Positions 13,130 to 26,330 of a stretch of 64,000 bases of DNA are shown one piece after another. The stretch lies in the NCBI GenBank assembly GCA_037447605.1, contig CM074805.1:4063361-4127360 (forward strand). Direction: 5' to 3'. A program made the translations under genes and the position numbers. How positions within the stretch are numbered: position 1 is the stretch's first letter; each line of letters opens with the position of its first letter. This stretch comes from Zygnema circumcarinatum SAG 698-1b (taxonomy: Eukaryota > Plantae > Zygnematophyceae). A model generated the notes under the pieces. The model was given only the letters and a program-made list of their open reading frames with translations, had not been told where the DNA came from and ran no database searches.

Positions 13130-14361
13130 AGATTACATGCATCGACATGCAGGCTGCAAATTTGCACCTTCACACGCCGGACATGTCCAATCACACTCAA
13201 ATTGCACATAGTCACCAAATTTTCCTGGCGTCGATGGTTGAGTAAGTGAGACATTACAAATGTTGTAGATAGGAAAAATGTTAATATGTAGCATGTATAT
13301 ATGACAAAAATTCAAGTTCAAGGAGTCGCAGCTGGAGAAATTTAGGTGTTCAGGGTCCGGACTCGAGTCAGAGGTGTTTCCCGTATTTGTAGTCATCGTC
13401 TCATGCATCGACCAAGTCAAACTCAGCTTCTGGCTCTGTTTGTCACCCTAAAGGCCTCACAGCTCCTATACTGCCGAAGCCCACGAGCATGGCTCAACAA
13501 ACCAAAGGGGCAAAAACTTCTTTAAAGGGCTCCTGAGCGTCCACTTCCCCAGCAGCGCAAGACTTTGTTTCTTATCAGATTTCCTGCAATTCCACAACAC
13601 AGCCAATGCACGCCTCCGAAGGGACCACTTGGGGGATAACTTGAAATGCTCTTTGACGCAAGGCGTCCGTTTCATGTTGTCCACCAATACTTTTCCAGCT
13701 AGCTATCAATTGGTGCTGGAGGGTGTCCCTCAACCAGGTTTCTAGCGTCAATCAGTATAATGACGTGCGTAATTCGCGAAGACCTAGCTAAAGGGACAGG
13801 AGGTTTTACAAAACAGTGACTGTTCTCCTATGAGACGCAATCTTGTCCATTATTACAGAACAAGGATGAAAGATAAAGAGGGCTTACCCCTACAGTAATG
13901 TGCAATTGTCCATTCACCAAACCAACGCGTTCTACATCACACCATTTCGTATAGCCTGCCCTTTATTAACCGCATCACCATTCTTTATTATGCCACATCC
14001 TTTGCGTTTACTAACCTTGTTTTAGAACTAATTCACGAAGCTTGGACGTGGATGGCGGTCGACCCCTCGAGCCAAAGTGACGACCCGGTGACTGTTGCCC
14101 GGTTAAAGCAACGAGGGCGGAACAAATCAGGGCTTGCCACGTGCATGCAATAACGTGGGGCGCTGTGATTTCGAAGGATGTGGCATTGATCTCACAATGG
14201 CGAGGCCATTTGGACAAAATCATCTTGGAAACCACGAATAGTGCAATATCGTATCGTACCGGAAGATACATATCGATATGAAATATATATTGTACGCGTG
14301 CTTTCCGTATCGAGGCTCATATTCCATATCGTATAGTATAGTATCGTATGTACCGCTTCTG
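13130..14361 (-). mobile_element. Possible degenerate hAT-like DNA transposon remnant
   Basis: GTATC/GATAC/ATATC motifs cluster at 14246-14361 and end in CAGAAGCGGTAC (minus strand), which resembles a hAT terminus. An interrupted minus-strand peptide YWWTT/..ALRQRAFQVIPQVVPSEAC (~13600-13690) is weakly like the hAT dimerisation motif. I found no matching second TIR or TSD. Confidence 0.25.
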
Positions 14362-14652
14362 TAGCAGACAGGGCGGGACTAATTTCACATTTAGACTAGA
14401 CCAATAACAGCCTGCCATGTCATACCATGATGACATGGCGCTCCGTTGGCTGTTACTCGGTTCCTTCAAGGCTTTCAGCCTGCAAGGCCTTTCTCAATGC
14501 GCCTTAGCGTCAGCCCGTCCTGAAGGCGCCCTTGGAGGCAGCGCCAGCAGTGGCAGAGGGAGGGCTGTCTGGAGATTGGGTAGTGCAGAATTAGGGTTGG
14601 GCCAGGTCTTCATATTAGAGCTGGCGCCTGTGCCTGGCAGAGCCTGAAGGCC

Positions 14653-17600
14653 ATGGAGGGATCGCCGCCGGCGGTAGTGGAGGATTCTGAGAAGCGAGCG
14701 CGGAAGCGCAAGAGCCTCTGGGATGCCGAGAAGCCTCCTAAGGAGCAGAAAGCGGGTTGGTCTGCTATCCCGTAGGAGAAATTCGTGCTCGGCTACGTGC
14801 ACTTCTTACACTTCAGCTGAACTGCATCTGCTCTTACAACTGTTGGCCAGCTCTATGGTTGTTTACAGCCATTGCCTCCAGCATCTCTATATTAATCGTA
14901 TGTTGGTGAAGGCAAGCTGGAATATTCCTCGAATTGATGCCAATCGTCCAGCGGAGAAGCTAGATAGAGTTGTCTGATAATATTTACCCTTCTTGAGGTG
15001 ATTTGCGTTGTGTTGAACGTGAAGGTGACGATCAAGCTGCTTCTACATCTTCTCAGCCTTCTCCTGGTGGAATTCTACCAACTCCCACTCTCACACCGTC
15101 TGCCCAAGCTATTGCTCAAGCTGCAGCACAGGCACATTTACAGCAGCTACTGCAGCAGCAGCAGCTACTTCAGGTATGCACTATTCTGAAATAAATTTGC
15201 AAGATGGGATGTTTATACCGTGGCTCTTTGTTTTAATTGATGTATAATTACGTTTTTAAAGGAAAGAAGTAGAGATAGAATGTTGTAGGATGAAGGGAGA
15301 GAGGGACCCATCTCTCCTTTTAATCTTTCTTTTGACGAAGGTCGGCACTGAGTTTTGTAGCCCAGCTGAGAATCCTCCTCCTAGTCGTCCTGATTTTCTT
15401 CATTAATCTGCCTATTTTTTTTATTTTTTTTGCCCCTCCATTTTCTGACTTTTGAAGGAGACTGTGGGGACTGGGATCAGCAAGTGCGAGCATTAACACA
15501 GCACAAAGTGGCAGAAGTTGCAGCACAGCAGCAGGCTGTGCCAGCGGTATCCCCAATTGGTCAGTTTTCTTATTCAGTTGCTGGGCATGGAGTGGAGTAG
15601 CAACAGAGGATCATCACACAAACTAGTCACTTTCTTTCACATAAGACTTTCCTTCCGAGGATTTCTTTCTGGCTGTTTTTTGGTTGTGAGCTCTTACTTC
15701 GGTTAATTGACGGGTCGTTCAGCTTTGATATAACTAGTAAGGTTCAGTTCTTATGCCAGCGTTGCTGATTGATCCTGAACCACACCTCTCCGTTTCGTTT
15801 CTCTTACCCATTTTTACCTTGGTTCCAGCTAAGTCAGTCACTTTGACTACCTGGGCAATCGAAAAGTTGATTCCCGATTGAACTCGAGGTGCTCTTTGCA
15901 GCAAATCGCATCTATGTTGGAAACCTGTTCTACGAACTGACTGAGGCGGAGATGATCATGGCCTTCTCTGCATTTGGTACGATTACGTTGTGCTATGTGC
16001 CAGCTGAGCATGTCACTGTAATATCTACTTGTTTCAGTTAACCTAGAACAATAGCGAAATAAAGGCAGAGGGTTTGAGGTAGAATGTTTACAATCTCTCC
16101 TGAAAGTTGAGTTGCAGCAGGCAGCTGTTGTTGAGTCCTAAAGCAGTGCTTCTTCTTCAATATCTGCTACTTCTGCTCTACTCCGAAATACATGTGTATG
16201 TCATGCTCATGCTCTATTCGTGTGGGGTTGGTGGCTGTCAGGGCCAATTACAAAATTAGATATGCCGAAGGTATGTTTTTCAAACAGGAATTGGGTAACT
16301 TGGGTAACTATCACATAGTAGAAACCCGAATAAATCTATGATTTCCATTTCCTTGATGCAGCTTCACCGAGTGGATGGAAGGATGAAGAAGCTAAGATCA
16401 CCAATAACAGATTGTTGTTGCCAATGTTTCCAAGGCTGTGAATCGTAGTTGTCTGAGGATATCGCCGAGATTTTCTTGGTGATCTTTGAGCTATTCCTCA
16501 CTCGTTTACATGTCTCAACAATGCAGGATCCAAGCACCGGCAAACACAAAGGTTTTTGCTTCATAGAATTTCAGAATCCAGAATCAGCCCAAACTGCTAT
16601 GGCCACCATGAACGATTTTGTGCTGGGTGGAAGGTATTACCCTGCTCCCTCTTACCTGTACGATATGTGTTCCTCCATTCCTCCGTTTTACTGGGAGAGC
16701 ACAGTTTCCTTGCCTAAGGCTCCAAATAACCATTCCCATCATTTGCACTCTGAAGTTTTCAATAATCATTCTGCAGATTTTAGAGTTGTAGAGGCCTTGT
16801 TCTGCCGCTCTTGTTGTCTGGTCAATCCCTTTTGAAGTGAGCAACACACACTTTGCTCGACTGGGTTTGAGTTGGCCATGAAGTGAAGATGGTCTTGGAT
16901 TCAGGATAGTAAACTTCACGATGAAATCCCCTCTGATGCCCACATCTTTTGGCCCTTTTTTCTCCTTCTGTATTTCTACTTTGTTTTTTGCCTTTTCTGT
17001 GCATTTTTTTTTTCTTTTTTTCTTTGTCCTCCTCTCTTGTTTCTCCTGTGTCCTTCCTCCTCCACCGGACTTGAAGCAGTTTGCAGTTCGTCATCCATCC
17101 CTTATCTAGCGCGACAACTGCCATGCACTTCCCTTCCCCTTCCGGTAATTGTGCCCGGAAAGTCAATCTTTGTTTGGTCCTCATTATGGAGAGACCATTC
17201 ATCCGAGCTGGAAGATTAAGAAAGGCGATCGAAGAACTATGGTGTGACTGTGTTCTTTATAGCCGAAAGGGTCGACTGTTTCTAGGCAGGAGGGTGAAGG
17301 AGAGAAAATGACTGTCTCACACAGGAACAACAGAAATGGCTTATATGGAACGAGCACCCTCTCTCTACCAAGAAACCTCTATTCCGCATTCTGGATTCAT
17401 TGACTGGTCGTTTTGTAACCACCACTGTGGTTGTATGTATGTTTGAAAGAGATGAAAGGCTTAACATCGTGGCATTGCAGCCTTTTATTTATTTTTCCTC
17501 AGCCTTTCCTCGATTTGGTGACTTCAGAAACTAGTGAAATAGAGACTTGCCTGAAGCAAAATTGTCTGGAATCAACCATGGATTGGCAGGCCAATCAGAG

Positions 17601-20600
17601 TTGGGCGTCCCAACAATGTTTCTAATGCTGTTGCTCCTACTACGGCGGCTTCTCTCTGTAAGAACTCTCGCAACCACCTCCATGCACTCAATAGAAGAAT
17701 ATCAATAGAAGCCTCATTGAAATGAAATGCTTTGCTGTTTACTAGTGATCCTTCCATGAGACATCCATCTCTGTGTGCTTGTTCAAGAACAACTTTCCGA
17801 GTATCTTTCAGATACTGACTTTGCATGTCCTGCTTTTTGCCACCCGTGAATGTTTCAGCACTGCTTCAACAAGGGGCGGGCTCCGTTCTTGGAAGAACAC
17901 CTGCAGCCGTTCCATCCGCAAATCTCTTACAGGCAAAACTGCAAGCACAAGTGAGCACTCCCTCTCGATCGCATGAACCACTTGTTGCTGTGTAATCCCA
18001 TATTTTCATTCTGCAATTTTATCCTAGACAATTGAGTTCCTATATTCTGCCAATAAATTGCTGATTCCTCATGTGTCGAATCTGGGCCGGCCCAACGTCT
18101 GATCAGAAACCGGTTATCCTTATTGTGTTAGACTACATTCTTGCTTCCTTTTGCGAAATTCTTTTTTTGAAACTCGATGAATTATACAGAAATACTTTGC
18201 TCCTTTTGAAATCTTCATATCTAGAAGCTATTTTCGCTTGGGCTGAAATGTCTTGTGAAACGATCAGGCGGTGGCTGCAGCAATTTCCCTTCAAAAGCAA
18301 GGACTGACCCCGGCTGTACCTGAAATTCCCATTTTCACTCCACAACCGGTGCCAAATACCCGGTAAAGCACAACCTAAAAAATGTGGGCAATGTTTCGAT
18401 CCTTTCACCATGGAATTTGCATTATGAATGGCAGAACCTTTTTTCAAGGAAATGGGCTTCTATCATTGTGGATGAAATTTTAAACTGTTTGTGAGCGGGG
18501 ATCATGTGGATAAAGAAATGTGTCGAATCTGGGTGTATGTTTGTGACTAGTTCGTATAGTTTTAGAATTAGAGCAGACTCTTGACTGCAGCTTCTGCCCC
18601 CTTAGGAAATATTTTGCAAACACTTTGAAGCTGCTGGTGTATGTATATTTGAACACAGAGTTGATGGCGGGGGGCATTGTTATATATGGGAACAGAATAT
18701 ACGTTGGCTCCATATTCTACGATATTCGTGAAGAGGACATTAGGGCTATTTTCGGGGCCTTTGGTCCTATTAAGGTTTGCTTTTTCCGTCAGTTATTGGG
18801 CTTTCAGTGGTGCAACTTAAGTATGAAAGAGCGATGATTGGCGAATTTCCACTCACGTCACAACCTCTTGGTTGGGCTTATGTCGTAAGGGCCAAAGTTG
18901 TCGCTGCTGTCTCATTTGTAGCATGCATTGATTGCTTTGTGTTTGAAACTTCTTGCGTTGCGCTTTCTTTCTTTGAAGTGAAATCTGGAAATTTGGCGGA
19001 CCCTCTTCTCCGGCGAATTTTCAGGGCAAGTTATGTTTGCCAGAAAATGACTTACAGCGCAGTGTTGGAATCGGGGGGTTGCAGTCCTGTCAGCTACTTC
19101 CAAATCCGGAGACCGGGAAACACAAGGGCTATGGGTTTATTGAGTACGTCTTAAGCTCACCGTTTTTATGCTTGCCTCCCATGCAGTTTCTTGTAGTCGC
19201 TGTTCGAATTGGAATTCTTTCGTTAGTCTCAGGATGGCAATCTTTGTAATTCACTAGGTAGGCATTCCTCTTTCGTTTTCTAGGTGTATGCATGCTTAGT
19301 TGGAGGCTATATTGCTCTGCTTAAATCTGTGGGTTATCTACCAGGTATGAAAACGAGGCATCGGCGCGAGGAGCAATTTTAAGCATGAACGGTTTTGAAC
19401 TGGGAAGTCGACAGCTAAAGGTAGACTTTCTTCATTACTTCTAATGAGGCCTACAGCGAATGTTATACCTCCCTGTTGGATGTTCCGAATCAGCTAACTT
19501 TCAGGGGGAATTTGCGTTTGGGATCAATCCAAACAACTGTCTGCTTTGCTTGCCAGCGTGTTCAAATGAATTGCAATTTTTTTCGAGTCGTGGTCTTCTG
19601 TTTCTTGTGTCCCAAAAACATTGTTAACCCCCCCCATGGACGTTGTCAGGTTGGGTGGGCGGCATCTGCTTCACAAGGGACGAGTCCCCAAAGTCTTGGT
19701 GTATCGTTCCCATTGGTGGGGTTGGCTGCTGCGGCTATGGCAGCCGGATTTGAGCAGCAGGTGAGGGGCTGAAGTGTAAATTTTCTTCATGCAGTGTAAG
19801 ATATCTTCGCTTTACTTTACCTGCAGACCGATGGAGGGTGACATTGCCTGCTATGCCTATGTAAAATGGGGTGATGGAATATGGCTGTCAAGAACATAAA
19901 GTGGCAGCATCGGCTTGGTTCTTACCTTGGACGTATAACAGGTGGGAGTTTGGGGACTTGGGGGGAGTGAACAGTCAGGAGAAAGCAATGAGACGTCCAT
20001 CACAATGGAGGTAAGTCAAAGTTAAGAGACCGAAGTTAGGCTTGATAGGATGTTAGCATCTGCCGGTTCTGTTTCCTGCTTGTCTCTCACTTTGCAATAT
20101 ATGTGGAAGGAAGCCCTACAGTTGGAGAAAGTTTCCGTGCCTCAAACCTGGAGTGGTCCTCTGTTTAGCACATGGTTTTCCTTGTCGTCGGTGTTGAACT
20201 AAAACGCAAATCAAGAATTCCCTTATTCCTGTCAAATAAAACTTAGTATAGATGCCTGAATGATGAGCACTTCCAACTGGGGGACTGTGCTTACCATGAA
20301 GTCAGATGGGTTGGTAACCTACCGATATTATTCCTAGGAGTTAGACGTCTTTTTGCTCGACGTACTGAGCAAGAATGTGCTCATGAATGCTAGTGCAGGA
20401 AAACCTTGCCATCGGCATTGACCAGCGCTATGCAATTATGCAAAAGTTAGCCTCTCGAGATGGACTTAATGGCTTCCTTCCTGCTTCTCCTTTGCCAAAT
20501 ATTGGAGCAACAATTTCAGCAGCTTCGGCTGCTCCTTTAGCTTCTACAGCTGCTTTGGCAGACTCGTCACCAGCAGCTTCCAACGCAGCAGCAGTTGCAA

Positions 20601-22413
20601 CGCAGGTCGGCAAACAACTCTGAACTAGTCTTGGAGAAGAGAATTTGATACCCAATTCTTTGATGCAAGGCCTGTTTGCACTGCAGCATTCTGACCATTC
20701 CCAGCATGGTTGTCATGGTTGTCATCTTGTACACTTCACAGACTCCGAGTCGCTGCATTGTGCTTCTAAACATGGTTGGACCCGATGAGGTGGACGAGGA
20801 CCTTCAAGCGGAGGTATGTAGGGGGTTTATTCACAGATTTTCCAAAAGTGAGATTGCTTGATGTTGATCTGGATGGAAAAGCATTCGGCCACTTTGGGAG
20901 ATTGATAATGTTTTGTATGCATAGAGCTGTCCTTGCTCGGGCAATAAAGTTGATAACAGTTGATAATTCTTGAACAGACGTTTTCCGCCACTTCAGAGAA
21001 GTTCAGAGAAAGTCGAGTTCACAGAGTCGTAGTGGGGATAGTAAGGCATAGCAAAGGAGGACTGAATGCCATTCGGTTTTCGTAGCCACGGCAAGTACAT
21101 TGATGCTGAGTGCTCATTTCTTTATACAGGTGACAGACGAATGCGGGAAGCATGGAGTAGTTGAAAAACTTGTGATTTACAAGGTTGGTTCACTCGGAAT
21201 TCGCTGGCAGAACTATGTTTGATTCACTCCCAAACAAGAATGCGTACAGCAGTTTTGGCATGTTACTAGACAGTCCCATTTCCTTCAAACCTGAGTCTAG
21301 ATTGGTTCGCTTTAAGATGTCTGCTACTGTACTTCCTTTGCTGTAAGCAGTGGCTTATGTTAGGTTGATTTGCTCTGATTTTTTCAAGCTGCTCAAGTTA
21401 ATAGAGGGTCTTTCCTTTGTCCTGGTTCATTTCTTTGTCCTGTAACCATCCAAGCTTTTGCATATGCAGCCTCTTTTGTTCGTGTTGGAACGGACTCGGC
21501 CGACTCATCCCTTTTCCCTTTATTCAGCCAATCCCTTGCAAGCGTGGTTAATTTTTCTAATGAGATATCAGGCTGGCTAAAGGTCGAATTGTTGGCTTCT
21601 TACTCTCGTTTCGTTGCATTGTTTCTGCAGGAACAGCAGTCGCAGGAGGCTTTGGATGCTGTGGTTCGCATTTTTGTTCTATTTTCCTCGATACCAGGTT
21701 AGCTCCGTCTTTCCTCAGTTAAATAATTAAGTTCGAATGCCGTTCAATTGTTTAATAGCTTGGATTCGGGAGATGCCGGTGAAGCATATGAACCCACTCG
21801 TGAACAAGCCCATAATTTTCTTGTTTTCTATTTTTTCAAGATAGAGAAATTTCTTACATAGCATCGAGGGCTTTGGAGTGACTTCAAATTATCTTCCACC
21901 GATAGGAGGAAGTTCTTTTTGACTGGAATGGCAGGCCTTTGCATGGGTGCCGCGTCCATTGGCACAGTTCTAAAGTTTGACTTGAGTTTGTGGACCCTTG
22001 TGTTTGGCAGAGGCTCAGATTGCATTCAAAGCATTGAACGGCCGGTGGTTCGGGGGGCGCCAAGTGTTGGCCAGGTGCTTTCTTGTAGCTCTCATTGCTT
22101 CTCTCCTGCTGTTATGCGATAGGAGTAGTCCCCGTCTAGTAGATGGAGTTTCCGCTATACCGTGGGGCAGTAGAAGCATGTCTTTTACAGAGATTCTATG
22201 TAATGCTCTTTCGGAGAAATCCTGCTCGTTTGCTGTTCGCAATGTGAGTGCTTCTAAGAGGAGATCCAAATCTTCTCTCCCCATCTCTCCCTCCGCTCCT
22301 TCCTCTATCTCCCTTGCTCTCCTTAACATCAGTGGTCGTGGGCTTGGCTCAACCTTTTTCGTGACAGATACTTTGACGAAGAGAGGCTGAAGCATGAAGA
22401 CTACTCTCTCTGA
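14653..22413 (+). CDS. PUF60: PUF60/Half-pint-like poly(U)-binding splicing factor (RRM-RRM-UHM), multi-exon
   Basis: RRM1: NRIYVGNLFYELTEAEM...DPSTGKHKGFCFIEF...MNDFVLGGRPIRVGRP. RRM2: RIYVGSIFYDIREEDI...PETGKHKGYGFIEYE...MNGFELGSRQLKVG. The linker contains RYAIMQKL. UHM: RCIVLLNMVGPDEVDEDLQAEVTDECGKHG...VVRIFV.F...ALNGRWFGGRQVLARYFDEERL*. ATG at 14653, TGA at 22411-22413. Confidence 0.88.
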
Positions 22414-23239
22414 AGGGCTGGAAAGTACGGTTCGCATGTAGAGCCCGTTCGTGGTCTTTTGCTGTACTTGTAGAGCGACTCTACAACCCATTCTATGTAT
22501 AGCCTGGACCGGATTCTGTTAGGTCATAATTTCTTACTTGCAGCCTTCCCAGCTCTGGTTTTCACAGTTCCTACTGCTGCTATTGCCGGCTTTGGATGCA
22601 CAAATGTGGAGGTAGGGTTCAAGGCTCTCCAGGAGGTCTGCACGGTTGTCCGGGTTTCAGAGATGTGGCGTGACACGCTTGTTAGCGTGTCTCGAAACCG
22701 CGGCCTATTCAGCAGCGGGTGGTGGAGGGAGAATTGACGATGGGGGAGAATTCAGAGGGAGGGAGTGGGAGAGAGAAATTTCTGCGCCCTAAGTGATGGG
22801 AATGTGCATGGAAAACCGGCTTGCAGTTGAAGGGAGTTAGGTTGTGAGGAATGAAGTGCCTGTCCGTTGTATTGGCCTTCCCTATAGAAATGGTGTACAT
22901 GTTTTCAAATACGAGGAAGGACTGTGACTATGAATGGAAATATTGGTGTAATATGAGCTCTTTCTGTGATTACAATCCCTTCCTCGTCCGCTTTTGCCTA
23001 AAACGTGTAAATCGGAGAAGCATCGGCTCATTGGTGTCCATTCTAAATCGATCAGTTTTTATGTGAAAACATCGATAAATTAATCCACAGCAAGACAGCA
23101 GAAAGAAAATTCAATTAAGACAGCGATGACAGATCGTATGGCCGCGTGTAAGCCTTTTTTGGCCCAGCACGTCCCTGAACTCTAAATTCCAACACTAAAG
23201 CGCCCTCTATGCGAGCCATGCGCGCTTCCTAAGAGAGCC

Positions 23240-25709
23240 TCACACGAGATAGGGGATGAATTTCTTGGTCACCCTACCGCTGTACTCTCTGTAGAGGTCG
23301 CCAAAATTTTCCACGAGAAGCTCCTCCTCGAGAGCCACCCTCCGGAAGTAGTACAGCGCGCAAGCCGCCAGCAGAAAGGAAAGGCTGAAAAAGCTGTTGT
23401 TCCATTCCCACCCCCACGCACGGTTCATCAAAAAGTAGACCCACATTTCTTCTTGCTGCGTCTTGTCCATAACCTCCCACGAGCAGTGAGAGCTGAAGAA
23501 CTTACTTAAAAAACTCATGAGTTTTGTTTTTTGATTTGATGTGAATGTATTGAATGTGAGTAGTACGAGAGAGGAGTACGAGAAAAGGACTGACCTTTGC
23601 AGGGCAACGCAGTAACCAGCAAAGAGGAGCATGTAGCTCGTGTATATGGGATGGCGGATCCACCGGTACGGCCCAAATGTGACCACGGTCTTGGGAACAA
23701 CGAGGCGGTCAAAGTACTTTCCAAGGAAGAAGGCCGCCTGCCAGTGAAGGACAAACGCAGTTCCCAGGAGGAGCCATGCCACCGGCCCAGACCATGGCTT
23801 CGGAGGCTGAATAAGAAGGGCTTCCCAAGCAGCAAGCCAATGGCCGCCTACCACCGAGATGACGAAACCAATCTGCAGGCCCGCCCAAAAAGGGTCTGAA
23901 TGAGCTGCTCTTGAGCTGAATGAATGAGTTGCTTCTTATGCTTGTGCTTGAAAGGTCACAAGAGAGCTGTAAAAGGAAGACTGGCAATGTGGAGACTGGC
24001 AACATTGTTCGTCATTCTTGGAATAATAGAACGGCATGAACTTCGTAGGAAGCATTTCACAAGTTTGTGGAGAAGCTCCATTGCTTCCAGTGGCTAATCT
24101 GTGTGGCAATCTCGCTTTCTACGCTCATCCCCATAAATGAGTTCTAAGGTCAACAACAAACTACAGAGTCGATTTCAAGGTTTTTTCGTTCCTCACAAGA
24201 CCAACAGCATGTTCAGAACACTCGATTTGATAGTGAAACCTAGGATTAGTACTTGACCCTTGTATGAGACTGCGACTGTCCCTGGTGTGAGAGGCTTCTA
24301 GCAATTGGCTCTCATTTAGACCATCTATTTGAAACTAGGAAAAAATGACTCCAAGAGTAAGGAGCTGCACCTGAGCGAGCCGGCTGGTCTTGGTGGCCCA
24401 TTGCTTGTCCTCTTCACGAGGGCTCAAGTCCCCGTAGACCCGCAGCCGAACAATAGCGCTAATGCAGAAAAAGAAGTAGTAGAAGAAGAAGAGGGTGAGT
24501 GGCCATCCGTCCACAAAGCCCTGCACACGAACTGCTCACTTTTGAGACATCTTCATCGCAACTGGGACTATGTATTAAACTCAACGAAAAACAAAGCATG
24601 GTCAATTGGCTAGCTGGCAACAAGCTCTACGCCTTGCATGGAGCCGGAGTTCAACAAAAATCACCAGAGAATGTACCTGCAAGAATCACTTGTTACATCC
24701 ATTTCACCAAAGTAATGCAACGCAATATTTGGCAATTCATCTGGTTTGCTCATGTCACTTTGGCCAATCACATAGGATGAAGAGACGACTCTTTCACAGG
24801 GTTGTCAAACGCAAAAAAATGTGACAGTAAGTGAGCATGGAAATGTGATCTCACTTGGAACTGCCCGCAAGGCACGAGGATCAGCCATGTGAGTGTTCCT
24901 CCAAGCAGCACCAGCTGCTCCCATTCCCTCGCCTTCTTTTCCTTTTGCTTCATAGCTATTTTCAGGGTCCAAGCTCCCAATGCAATTGCTGTAGGCCATG
25001 GCCATATAATGAAGAACCATGAGGCAAACATTAGAGCCCTGGGAGTGAGAATGGTGCGCTGTAGTATAAAACATGTGAGAGCCACAGCCCCTGCTACTGC
25101 AAAAGCTGTGATCCCCCATTTCGCTGCGACTAAAGGAGTGATGTTGGATATAATCTCTCGTAATCTCTCCATGGGGGTGCCAGCCATTGCAGCTTCTGAA
25201 CGTTTTTCTTGTCCTTCAACTCCCTCGTCCTTCGTTGCACCTTGCAATTCTGCCTCCATGGTTACATTCGTACCAAGCCTTCCATTCACGGCCTTTGGTT
25301 CTTCCTGTTCCGAAACTAAACTGTCTGCTTTTTCACTTTGGCTTTGATAACTTTCACCACCAGACATAGCTGCTTTTGAAAATTGACGAAAACGGGTGGC
25401 ACTTGAATAGGATGGGTGTTTAAAAGTCGAGTCAGATGGTCCATGAGAGCTCTGTTTTCTGTCGAGTTTCAGAAACGATTGGACATTTGTTCCTGAAAAC
25501 TGTTCCAGGTGAAAGGGCTCAGAGCACCTCTTGCTCCTCATGCATATTCCTCCTAATAAGGGGACCTTTCTGTTCATTGTTTGCCCCTTTACACCGATAA
25601 TATTCGGGAATCTCTGCTCTTGCATAGCCATCTCAGATTTCCCGGCTCTTCCTACACAGCTCAGTGATCCCCTGCTGGGGAAAACGGCATTCATGGCCGC
25701 CAGTTGCAT
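23240..25709 (-). CDS. Isoprenylcysteine carboxyl methyltransferase (ICMT/PEMT-family) membrane protein with transit-peptide-like N-terminus, 4 exons
   Basis: Exons 25709-24855, 24520-24371, 23872-23595 and 23393-23240 are in phase. Motifs WPW, GFVDGWP...YYFFF, GHWLAAWE, FGPYRWIRHPIY and EEELLVENFG.LY.EY...V..KFIPY match the plant ICMT-like family. Confidence 0.88.
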
Positions 25710-26330
25710 CGATTCCTCAAAGCTTACCTAGAAAACAATATCGGGTTATCTGCAATTTCTAAAACATCGACATACCGGAAGCGCCTGAAGGGACGAAACG
25801 TGGCCAAGCGTACATCTGACTGCATAACGTTGTCTCAAAAAGGGCGGTCCATTCAGAAGCCTCAGCGGACACCCCCTGTTCCTTGCTGCAGGGCCGCATA
25901 GGAGAGAGGAGTAGCACTGCACTGCGACTGCAGTTCAACTGATTTCCACTCGGCTTTCAAACGCAAATGCCGCTGAAAGGGAAAGGGATCTGGAGGAGCG
26001 GCTGAACACATCCATCCGGGCGTCACCGCTGACGAGGGTTAAGGGCCGGCCAACAGAGGCATGATTGCGCGATTATTGACATTGCGCAAAGAAAATTTCT
26101 TTCTATGCATATGTTAAGAGGGTGACATACTAGAGGTGCAACTGTGGACTCAGTACAGCTCAGATCCACCTGTTGTCGTCAAAGTCTCGGCCTGTTCCTG
26201 CCAAATATTGAAGCCGATAGTGATAGCGGAGGGTGGGAGAAGAAGCGGAGCTACTAGCAGATTTTTTTTTCGAGTAATAGTAATTTAGCTTGTAGGAGGT
26301 TTAACTCTGAGTGCGATCAAGAAAGTGGTC
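25710..26330. promoter_or_regulatory. Putative bidirectional promoter between the ICMT-like gene (-) and galactokinase (+)
   Basis: About 620 bp separate the divergent ATGs, so both genes' promoters and 5' UTRs must lie in this interval. Confidence 0.5.

Noticed and set aside
13119-14361. Complete TIR-bounded element
   Set aside because: There is only a 6-bp CAGAAG match between the candidate ends, and the flanks do not form a TSD.
15547-15556. GTATCCCC in PUF60 as a U12 donor
   Set aside because: It reads through as coding (VSPI); the phase-compatible donor is the downstream GTCAGT.
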